64,000 bases of DNA, taken from positions 40,265 through 104,264 of the forward strand of contig JAXDBQ010000032.1 of assembly GCA_034678605.1 (NCBI GenBank), written 5' to 3'. The position numbers and the translations under genes are program-made. Origin of the DNA: Patescibacteria group bacterium. Lineage in GTDB: Bacteria; Patescibacteriota; Minisyncoccia; Minisyncoccales; UBA5738. Below the pieces are notes generated by a model. The model was not told the origin of the DNA. It was given only the letters and a program-made list of their open reading frames with translations, and did no database searches. Below are positions 27,653 through 35,203 of the stretch, piece by piece. Each line of letters opens with the position of its first letter. Within the stretch, counting starts at the first letter, position 1.

Positions 27653-29146
27653 ATGCAAGATTTGCTTAATAAAATACCTTTAGGAGTCCGCCAGCTGATC
27701 GAAGCCATGCAAGCCGCCGGATTTGAATGCCATATCGTGGGCGGTTGCGTGCGCGATCTTTTGGCGGGTGTTGAGCCGTCGGATTGGGACGCGGCCACCA
27801 ATGCCGCTCCGGAGCAGATTCGCGCGATTTTTCCCGACAGCTACGCCGACAATGATTTTGGCACGGTGCGGGTGCGCATGCCGCAAAACGCGGCCGGTGA
27901 TTTTTTGGAAATTGAAGCGACCCCCTACCGCGTGGAATCAAAGTACACCGATAAAAGACATCCCGACAAGGTGGAATGGGCGGACAGCATTAAGGATGAT
28001 TTATCGCGGCGCGATTTCACGGTCAATGCCATCGCGATGGGCTATATAAAGGAAGGCGGCAAAATCAACATTGATATAATTGATCTTTTCGGGGGACGAG
28101 ATGATTTAAAAAATAAAATTATTCGCGCGGTGCGCGATCCCGATGAAAGATTTTTGGAGGACGCGTTGCGGATGATGCGGGCGGTGCGGTTTGCGGTTTC
28201 GCTTGGTCCGGATTGGCGCGTCGAAGAAAAAACGATGCGCGCGATCGCCGCCAATTCGCGGTGGCTGAAAATGGTCTCGCAAGAAAGAATTCGCGATGAA
28301 TTCGCGAAAATTGTCATGGCCGATCGCGGCGTTGAAGGCATCGAAATTTTGCGCCAAACCGGATTGTTGGAGCATATCATTCCCGAAATGTTGGAAGGGG
28401 TTGGTTGCGGCCAAAACAAGCATCATATTTATGATTGTTACGCTCACCTGCTTAAATCGTTTGAATTCGCGGTTGCCAAAAAATTCAATTTTCACGTGCG
28501 AATGGCTTCGCTTTTGCATGATATCGGCAAGCCGCGAGCAAAATCCGGCGAGGGGCCAAACGCCACTTTTTATAACCATGAGATCATCGGCGCGCGCCTG
28601 GCCAAAAAAATTTTGGAGCGGATGAAATTTTCCAAAAAAGATATTGCCAAGATCGTTTTGTTGGTGCGCTATCATCTCTTTTACTATAATGTGGGCGAAG
28701 TGAGTGAAGCGTCGGTGCGGCGGCTGGTGCGCAATGTGGGCAGCGAAAATTTGGAAGAGTTGCTGCAGGTGCGCATGGCTGACCGCATCGGTTCGGGCTG
28801 TCCAAAAGCCGAGCCTTATAAATTGCGCCATTTGCGCTATTTAATGGAAAAGACCGCGCTTGATCCCATTGATCCAAAGATGATAAAAGTGAATGGGAAA
28901 GATGTGATGGAAGTTTTAAATATCGCGCCGGGGCCGAAAGTCGGCCAGATTTTGGAAATTTTATTGGCGCGGATTTTAAACGATCCGCGATCAAACGATC
29001 GCGATTATTTGTTGGGCGAGATCAAACGGCTTGGCGGCCTTGGCGACAATGAATTGGCGCGAATCGCGCTTGACGCCAAAAAACAAAAAAACGAAGTTGA
29101 GATCAAGCGGGATCAAATGACGAAGAGGAAGTATTGGATAGTGTGA
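27653..29146 (+). CDS. cca: CCA-adding tRNA nucleotidyltransferase with HD domain
   Basis: GGCVRDLL...DWD PolyA-polymerase head domain; HD motif LLHDIGKP; consistent with tRNA genes lacking CCA. Confidence 0.85.
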   Translation: MQDLLNKIPLGVRQLIEAMQAAGFECHIVGGCVRDLLAGVEPSDWDAATNAAPEQIRAIFPDSYADNDFGTVRVRMPQNAAGDFLEIEATPYRVESKYTDKRHPDKVEWADSIKDDLSRRDFTVNAIAMGYIKEGGKINIDIIDLFGGRDDLKNKIIRAVRDPDERFLEDALRMMRAVRFAVSLGPDWRVEEKTMRAIAANSRWLKMVSQERIRDEFAKIVMADRGVEGIEILRQTGLLEHIIPEMLEGVGCGQNKHHIYDCYAHLLKSFEFAVAKKFNFHVRMASLLHDIGKPRAKSGEGPNATFYNHEIIGARLAKKILERMKFSKKDIAKIVLLVRYHLFYYNVGEVSEASVRRLVRNVGSENLEELLQVRMADRIGSGCPKAEPYKLRHLRYLMEKTALDPIDPKMIKVNGKDVMEVLNIAPGPKVGQILEILLARILNDPRSNDRDYLLGEIKRLGGLGDNELARIALDAKKQKNEVEIKRDQMTKRKYWIV

Positions 29147-29151
29147 TTGTC

Positions 29152-29257
29152 GCCAATCGCAACGATATTGCGGCGCACGGATATTCGCCTGCTGGCGAAT
29201 TCCTCGTGTTCGCGCCGGTCGCGCTCGCAGAGGCGCCGCAATATCGTTGCGATTGGC
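29152..29257. other. Long structured element: perfect 25-bp inverted repeat gccaatcgcaacgatattgcggcgc / gcgccgcaatatcgttgcgattggc enclosing 56 nt; partial third copy near 29375
   Basis: Direct reading; GC-rich; overlapping track ORFs on both strands look non-coding. Confidence 0.55.
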
Positions 29258-29482
29258 TTTTGGTTTTTTGCAAAGCACATAATTTTCTGCTGAAAATTTG
29301 CTTTCGCGCGGCCGTCGCCTGTGCGGCATTGCGCAAGCGAATCGCGAGAATTGGTGCGGTTGGAGTTTGGCGCAGAGGCGCCGCAACACTATTGCGATTA
29401 ACTTTTGATAGTTTGGGAAATGGACAAAAGGAGGATTATGGATTAATATGGTTTTGTCGCGGCTAAAATTAGCGTTGAGACG

Positions 29483-29553
29483 ACGGGGAGGAGTATGCCG
29501 GCAGTACGCACGATTCGGGTTCGTGCAGACAGGGTTCGATTCCCTGCTCCCCG
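29483..29553 (+). tRNA. tRNA-Pro (anticodon CGG), CCA not encoded
   Basis: CGGGGAG-GA-GTAT-GCCGGCA-GTAC-G-CACGA-TTCGGGT-TCGTG-CAGA-CAGGG-TTCGATT-CCCTG-CTCCCCG-A; G37 as expected for Pro; atypical G8 and 4-nt variable loop lower confidence. Confidence 0.6.
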
Positions 29554-29594
29554 AATGTTGCCGCCGAAGCCTTGCGCGCAGGTGGCCAAGTTTA

Positions 29595-29620
29595 AAAATG
29601 GACATTGCTGTCCATTTTTA
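29595..29620. terminator. Bidirectional rho-independent terminator
   Basis: aaaaatggaca-ttgc-tgtccattttt. Confidence 0.65.
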
Positions 29621-29660
29621 ATTATGATGCAGGGAATCGAGGGTTCCCTTAATAGGGAGT

Positions 29661-29676
29661 CATTCCCTGCTCCCCG
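29661..29676 (+). repeat. 16-bp direct duplicate of the tRNA-Pro 3' end (ATTCCCTGCTCCCCGA), att-like
   Basis: Identical to 29538..29553; preceded by a degenerate T-arm-like cagggaa...ttccctg. Confidence 0.6.
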
Positions 29677-29715
29677 ACATCGGCCCGCCGTAGTTTTAAC
29701 GAAGGCGGCCATAAT

Positions 29716-29803
29716 TTGAGAGCGTTGAATAATTGATTTTCTGAACTATTTTAAACTTGGCAAATTCGTAAAATCAATAAAATTCGACAATTATTCAACG
29801 CTC
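29716..29803. repeat. Family-8 TIR-flanked element copy 1 (17-bp perfect IRs GAGAGCGTTGAATAATTG / CAATTATTCAACGCTCT)
   Basis: Direct reading; about 88 bp. Confidence 0.6.
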
Positions 29804-29823
29804 TAAATTTAATAAACATCAAG

Positions 29824-29842
29824 CCCTTGCGGGCTTTTTGTT
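29824..29842 (+). terminator. Rho-independent terminator
   Basis: aagccc-ttgc-gggctttttg. Confidence 0.55.
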
Positions 29843-29954
29843 TTGCCACGCCGGACAACTGCTAACTCCGCAAGACCCGCCTCTCTTGGCAAAAAAATTT
29901 AGATTGTTTAAAATGGGATAAAGCAATCTCGACCATCAATAATAATAAATAAAA

Positions 29955-30042
29955 TTGAGAGCGTTGAATAATTGATTTCGCGAACTATTTTAAACTTGGC
30001 GAATTAATAAAAACAATAAAATTCGACAATTATTCAACGCTC
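29955..30042. repeat. Family-8 TIR-flanked element copy 2, abutting the start codon of 30051..31091
   Basis: About 90% identical to copy 1; right IR ends 8 nt before ATG. Confidence 0.6.
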
Positions 30043-30050
30043 TAAAAATT

Positions 30051-31091
30051 ATGCCGGGCAAACAAATAATTCAATCATTGAACAATAACAGCGACTATTC
30101 AATGACGCTTTATGAAACATGCGAGTATCTCGCGAAAAGCGCGCGCACGATCAGTCGCTATATTCACAAAAATGTTTTGCATCCGCGCGAATTCAGAAGC
30201 CGGCAGGGTTCTTTGGAATATCGTTTCAGCCGCATTGAAGTCGAAAGGTTGCGCGAAAGAGAAATGATTTTGCGGCCTTATGTTTATGAAGGTTCGCCGC
30301 CGGCCGCGCCGTCCTATGCGGCAAATTTCGCGGATTACAATGCCGCCGCGGCATCGCCGGCGCAGCCGCAAACGGCGCCCTATCTCGCTCCCGGAGTTCC
30401 GTTTATCGCGCCGCAAAATCAGGTCCAATTCAAAAATCCGCCCGCGGTTTGGCCGCCGAATTGCGATCCGGCCGTCGCGTCCTCGGCGCAAGGATACGAT
30501 CGGCAATCTTTTCAAGATATGTGTTCGAGGGAAGCCGAAAAACATGAACGCCGCGAATCAAAAATCAAAACCGATGATCCGGCCGTTGAAACCAAAAAAG
30601 AATTGCGATCCGTCCCAAAAGAAACCCGCGACACCGCCAACAAAGAGATTATTTCCCTGTTAAAAGAAACTACCGAAATGTTGCGCGGGCAATTAAAAGC
30701 CAAGGATGATCAAATCAAAAATCTCGACGACAAGATCGGCCAGTTGATCGAGCGCAATCGCGAAACCAATATTTTATTGAAAGGGTTGCAGGACAAAATA
30801 ATGCTTTTGGAAAAACCAAAAACTGAAAGCCATAAAGATTATCATTCCGAACCGGCGCGTGAAACGGAATTTTCAACGCCTGACTCCGGCGCTTCGATTG
30901 ACGAGCGGCAAAAAAACAAAAAGAATTCCGTGCCGATAACAGTTGAAAATGATTTGCCGGTTTCGGAAAACGACAAACAAGACACTATCCAGCCGTCGGC
31001 GCCGCCGATTGCCGATAAACCTGTTTTTTCAAAAGAGGCCAAAATCGAAAAGATCCAAAAAAAAGGATTGTTCGGCAAAATATTTGGCTGA
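30051..31091 (+). CDS. Excisionase/AlpA-type HTH DNA-binding protein with Pro/Ala-rich linker and C-terminal coiled coil
   Basis: MTLYETCEYLAKSARTISRYIHKNVL...YRFSRIEVERL resembles HTH_17 excisionase-family domains; 346 aa. Confidence 0.5.
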   Translation: MPGKQIIQSLNNNSDYSMTLYETCEYLAKSARTISRYIHKNVLHPREFRSRQGSLEYRFSRIEVERLREREMILRPYVYEGSPPAAPSYAANFADYNAAAASPAQPQTAPYLAPGVPFIAPQNQVQFKNPPAVWPPNCDPAVASSAQGYDRQSFQDMCSREAEKHERRESKIKTDDPAVETKKELRSVPKETRDTANKEIISLLKETTEMLRGQLKAKDDQIKNLDDKIGQLIERNRETNILLKGLQDKIMLLEKPKTESHKDYHSEPARETEFSTPDSGASIDERQKNKKNSVPITVENDLPVSENDKQDTIQPSAPPIADKPVFSKEAKIEKIQKKGLFGKIFG

Positions 31092-31344
31092 TAAATTCCG
31101 CCCCTTATCGGGCGGTTTTTGTTGCGGCGGCGCGATTTTGGGATTAGAATAACAATAGCGGTTATTCCATCGCGTTGGAATAAGGCTATTTGTTATTCCA
31201 ATTTACTTTGAATTGCGAAATTAGCTCTCGACAGCCATTGGAAATTTTTCCGCTGAAAAATTTCTTGGTATTTCGCGCCGGTCGCGCGAAATGGCGCTCC
31301 GCGAAAATAGCCGTCTTCGATTAATTTCGTAATTCAAGGTAATT

Positions 31345-31466
31345 TTTTTGAATTACGAAACGCTTTGTATTTTGCATTTTGGGGTCTAACCCCGCGCTTA
31401 TTCTCAATGAATAGGCGCGGCGGTTAGACCCCGACAAAAGTATTTTAATTTATAGTTTCGTAATTC
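31345..31466. mobile_element. Family-5 miniature palindromic element: 12-bp TIRs GAATTACGAAAC/GTTTCGTAATTC around the GGGGTCTAACC...GGTTAGACCCC hairpin, flanked by 19-bp direct repeats tttcgtaattcaaggtaat
   Basis: Direct repeats at about 31326 and 31456; hairpin 31381..31432. Confidence 0.55.
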
Positions 31467-31487
31467 AAGGTAATCTAATAATACAAT

Positions 31488-32573
31488 ATGAAATCAACAG
31501 TTTTATCGCCGTTGCCGCCGGCAATTGATTATGAGCCGCTCATTCGGGTTATCGGGGAAGCGCACCGCGCCATCGGCGAACTCAACGGTTTGTTGCGCAA
31601 AAATATTTTGGCGCCGGAGTTGATGGCAATGCCGTTACTCACTAAAGAAGCGGTGTTGAGTTCGCGCATCGAAGGCACGCAAGCGACTTTGGAAGACGTG
31701 TTCCAATACGAAGCCTCGCCGGTGGTCGGGGAAAAACAAAATCAAGAAATCGCCGAGATCATTAACTATCGCCGAGCGATGAATTTTTCGGTTGAAGAAT
31801 TAAAAACCAAAACGATTGGCCAGTCGTTTTTAAAAAAGATTCATTACCTCCTTCTTGATTCGACTCGCGGATTTCAAAAAGATCGCGGCCAATTTCGAAC
31901 CGGCCGGGTTTATATCGGCATGCCCGGCGCGGCCATCGAAGACGCCAGCTATGTGCCGCCGTCTCCCGAAATGTTGCCGGAATTGTTGGCAAATTGGGAA
32001 AAATACATTAACTCCAACGCCGAAAAAGATCCGCTGGTGCAGATCGCCATCGCCCATTATCAGCTTGAAGCCATCCATCCGTTTCGCGACGGCAACGGCC
32101 GCGTGGGGCGATTGATGATCCCGTTGTTTTTGTATCAGCGCGAATTGCTGTCTTCGCCATTGTTGTATATCAGTGAATATTTCGAGAAAAACCGCCGCGA
32201 CTATTATGATTATTTGCGCGCGGTTACCGAACAAAACGATTGGAATTCGTGGTTGAAATTTTTCCTTTTGGCGCTGATCACCCAATCGCTCAAAACCCAG
32301 AATTCGATCATGAAAATTTTTGATCTCAATTGCCGGATGAAAAACAAAATCGCGGCCGCCAATTCCGCCCACGCGGCCGATCTGTTGGATTTGTTGTTTA
32401 TGTCGCCGATGATCACGTTCGTGAAAATAAAAGATAAATTAAAGACAAAAAACCCGCAAACGATCTATAACCTTTTGGACAAATTCATTAAGCTCGGCAT
32501 TCTCGCCGAAGAACCCGGCCGCCAGCGCAACCGCGTTTTCATCTTCAAAGAATTGCTCGATATTTTGAAATAA
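31488..32573 (+). CDS. Fic family protein (AMPylator-type)
   Basis: Fic motif HPFRDGNGRVGR; 361 aa. Confidence 0.9.
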   Translation: MKSTVLSPLPPAIDYEPLIRVIGEAHRAIGELNGLLRKNILAPELMAMPLLTKEAVLSSRIEGTQATLEDVFQYEASPVVGEKQNQEIAEIINYRRAMNFSVEELKTKTIGQSFLKKIHYLLLDSTRGFQKDRGQFRTGRVYIGMPGAAIEDASYVPPSPEMLPELLANWEKYINSNAEKDPLVQIAIAHYQLEAIHPFRDGNGRVGRLMIPLFLYQRELLSSPLLYISEYFEKNRRDYYDYLRAVTEQNDWNSWLKFFLLALITQSLKTQNSIMKIFDLNCRMKNKIAAANSAHAADLLDLLFMSPMITFVKIKDKLKTKNPQTIYNLLDKFIKLGILAEEPGRQRNRVFIFKELLDILK

Positions 32574-32642
32574 TTTAAATAAAGTTGACCGGAGGTAAAA
32601 TATTTTGACTTAATTGTCGGGTCTGGCGTTTGAGATGTATCA

Positions 32643-32666
32643 AAAAAACCGCGTCGCGGTTTTTTT
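32643..32666. terminator. Bidirectional rho-independent terminator
   Basis: aaaaaaaccgcg-tc-gcggttttttt. Confidence 0.7.
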
Positions 32667-32737
32667 GTTTGTTGTCTGTTTATCGAGACATCAAGCGGCG
32701 TTTAATTCGCCGAAACTCCGCTTCGGCGGAGTGAAGG

Positions 32738-32809
32738 CGGCCCCAGCGGGAATCGAACCCGCGTTTCCGCCTTGAAAGGGCAGCGTCCTGACCATTAGAC
32801 GATGGGGCC
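32738..32809 (-). tRNA. tRNA-Glu (anticodon UUC)
   Basis: GGCCCCATCGTCTAATGGTCAGGACGCTGCCCTTTCAAGGCGGAAACGCGGGTTCGATTCCCGCTGGGGCCG; closely resembles E. coli tRNA-Glu; downstream hairpin ctccgc-ttcg-gcggag. Confidence 0.85.
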
Positions 32810-32909
32810 AAAAAAACGGCATAACGAGAGTATGTTAGCAGAAAGTTTGCCAAAAGTAAATCTTGGAGGTATGTTGAGATTGGATTATGTCTAATTTTAA
32901 TTATGATTT

Positions 32910-34451
32910 ATGGAAAATATCGATTATTTGAATTTGGCGCGGGCCGAGGATTTGGCGGGCGCCAAAAAAAGGGGATACCGGCTGCTGGAAGTTTTTCCGG
33001 GAATTTTGGCGTGGGCCACGTTGCTTTTTGGGTTTGTATTGTCGTGGCGCTGGCCGGTGGCGGTGGCGGTGTTTATCATCGCGTTTGATCTTTATTGGCT
33101 GTGCCGGGTTTTGTATTTGGCGGCGCATCAAATCGCCAGTTATAAAAAAATGAAAAAAGCGATCGTTGCCGATTGGCAAAAAAAACTGCGCGCGGATTTT
33201 GGCGACAGCTGGCGCGAAATTTATCATTTGGTGATTTTGCCGTTTGCCAGCGAGGGGCCGGAAGTGGTGAAAACCACGCTCGATTCGTTGATGGCCGTTG
33301 ACTATCCCAAGGACAAGATCATCGTGCTTTTGGCCGTGGAAGATATCGCTTCGGCGCGCGATTTGGCGCGGGAAATGGAAAGCGAATATAAAAATAAATT
33401 TTTCGCGATTTGGAGCGTGATTCATCCGCGAGGGGTTGCCGGCGAATTAAAAGGCAAGGGCGCCAATGTGAATTGGGCGATCGAGGAGTTGAAAACAAAA
33501 TTGTTGCCGGCATTGGGCGTCGCGGCCGAAAATATCGTGGCGTCGCTTTTTGATATCGACACCAAACCTCATCCGCGGTATTTCTCATGTTTGACCTGGC
33601 ATTATTTGAACGCGCCCGACCGGCTTTTGAAAAGTTATCAGCCCATTCCGGTTTATAACAATAACATTTGGGACGCGCCGTTGGTGAGCCGGATCATCGC
33701 CACCTCATCGACTTTTTGGGAGATGATGCAACAAGAACGGCCCGAACAATTGGTGACATTTTCAAGCCATTCCATGCCGTTAAAAACGCTTTTGGAAGTT
33801 GGTTATCCGCGCAACGTGGTGTCCGACGATTCGCGGATTTTTTGGCGGGCCTATTTTTATTATCGGGGAAATTATAAAGTCGTGCCCATGTATTATCCGG
33901 TGTCGATGGACGCGGTGATCGGTAAAAACGCTTTGCGCACCATGATCAACCAATACAAACAACAGCGGCGCTGGTCGTGGGGAGTGGAGAATTTGCCTTA
34001 TGTGTTTTTTAATTTGTTTTTCGGGCCGGCGCGAAAACAAATAAAGTTGGGCGAAAAAATGTTTCATGTTTTCACGATCATCGAGGGTTTTTGGTCGTGG
34101 GCCACCGGTTCGCTTTTGACCTTTGGTTTGGCATGGCTGCCTTTGTTGCTGGGAAGCGAAAAATTCAAATCCAGTTTGCTTTCCCACAACTTGCCCATGT
34201 TGGCGTCAACGATAATGACCTTGGCCATGGTGGGCATGGTGGTGTCGGCCATCATCAGCATGCTGCTGTTGCCGCCCCGGCCGGCAAACCACGGCAAATG
34301 GCGACACGCGTCAATGTTGTTGCAGTGGCTGTTTTTACCGATAACCTTGATCTTTTTCGGCTCCCTGCCGGCGCTGGAATCCCAAACCCGTTTGATCATC
34401 AACCGGCCCCTCGGCTTCTGGATCACCGAAAAAGGCAGCAAAAAGGGTTGA
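32910..34451 (+). CDS. Family-2 processive glycosyltransferase (cellulose/chitin/hyaluronan-synthase-like, membrane-embedded)
   Basis: 513 aa; GT2 core; QQRRWSWG (QxxRW) processivity motif; N- and C-terminal TM helices. Confidence 0.8.
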   Translation: MENIDYLNLARAEDLAGAKKRGYRLLEVFPGILAWATLLFGFVLSWRWPVAVAVFIIAFDLYWLCRVLYLAAHQIASYKKMKKAIVADWQKKLRADFGDSWREIYHLVILPFASEGPEVVKTTLDSLMAVDYPKDKIIVLLAVEDIASARDLAREMESEYKNKFFAIWSVIHPRGVAGELKGKGANVNWAIEELKTKLLPALGVAAENIVASLFDIDTKPHPRYFSCLTWHYLNAPDRLLKSYQPIPVYNNNIWDAPLVSRIIATSSTFWEMMQQERPEQLVTFSSHSMPLKTLLEVGYPRNVVSDDSRIFWRAYFYYRGNYKVVPMYYPVSMDAVIGKNALRTMINQYKQQRRWSWGVENLPYVFFNLFFGPARKQIKLGEKMFHVFTIIEGFWSWATGSLLTFGLAWLPLLLGSEKFKSSLLSHNLPMLASTIMTLAMVGMVVSAIISMLLLPPRPANHGKWRHASMLLQWLFLPITLIFFGSLPALESQTRLIINRPLGFWITEKGSKKG

Positions 34452-34712
34452 TTTCAATATTAACCTGATAATTGTTAAACTCGACTTTAATGATTATGAG
34501 GTTAACATTAAAACGCAGTTATATTTTTTATCAATTTATTGTTGGAAAATATCAGTCAAAAGAGGCGTGGGTGGTGAATTTGTCGCTGGACGCCGAAATC
34601 AAGATCGGCCAAACCGCGGTGAAATTCCTGCCCTATTGGAAACTGCTGGTTTGAAATTTTTAATTTTGGTGATATGCCAAAATTCCCATTCTGTCGAATG
34701 GGAATTTTTAAT

Positions 34713-34743
34713 TTGACAATTGGGTTGCGGGGGGGGGTATTAT
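34713..34743 (+). promoter_or_regulatory. Promoter module TTGACA-19 nt spacer containing G9 homopolymer-TATTAT, with about 100-nt conserved A-rich leader; paralog at 54290
   Basis: tttgacaattgggttgcgggggggggtattat; leader aaaagtcaaaa..tcaaaagtgaagg..gatttttggaaacaatATG. Confidence 0.55.
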
Positions 34744-34838
34744 GGAGAAAAGTTAAAAGTCAAAAATCAAAATTCAAAAGTGAAGGTTAAAATTTATAAT
34801 TGCCAAAAAATCAAAATCATAAGATTTTTGGAAACAAT

Positions 34839-35126
34839 ATGGAAATACCTATGCCCGCCGATATTACAAATGAAAAAGAGAAAGTGGAGGCGGAGATTAA
34901 TTATTTGGAGCAAAGGGGTTTGTGCGTGCATGAAAAAACAATGGAAATGGAGGAAGATCTTAAAAAAATAACAAGCGCAATAATTGAAACCAATGATCCA
35001 GAAAAAAATCGTGAGAAATTTGATCGATTGATCGCGGAATTGGAGTCGTTGCATAAAGAGCAACACGAGATAAACGATTTGCTTTTGCAAAAAATCAAAG
35101 AAAAAAAGGAGCTTCTTTTTTCGTGA
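34839..35126 (+). CDS. Small charged coiled-coil protein, hypothetical
   Basis: Track ORF 34800..35126; ATG at 34839 aligns with the equivalent ATG position in the paralogous leader at 54441. Confidence 0.4.
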   Translation: MEIPMPADITNEKEKVEAEINYLEQRGLCVHEKTMEMEEDLKKITSAIIETNDPEKNREKFDRLIAELESLHKEQHEINDLLLQKIKEKKELLFS

Positions 35127-35203
35127 TGTTAATTTTGGATTGTTGTTAAAAAATCCGCGGGAATTGATTTTCGCGGATTTTGTATTATTTTATTTTCTGG
35201 TTT

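Noticed and set aside
28106-28994. ORFs 28106..28831(-), 28584..28994(-) antisense to cca
   Set aside because: cca has clear nucleotidyltransferase and HD motifs on the plus strand.
29134-29466. 110-aa ORF after cca (and 29103..29336, 28991..29605 on the minus strand)
   Set aside because: The region is dominated by a perfect 25-bp inverted repeat and other hairpins, so the GC-rich frames are fortuitous.
29483-29676. Possible tmRNA (ssrA), because of a tRNA-like 3' end GGTTCGATTCCCTGCTCCCCGA and its second copy
   Set aside because: The first copy folds cleanly as a 71-nt tRNA-Pro(CGG) with no tag reading frame or pseudoknots. The second copy is only a 16-nt duplicate of the 3' end.
34472-34654. 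60-aa ORF after the GT2 gene
   Set aside because: No RBS, homology or conservation cue.
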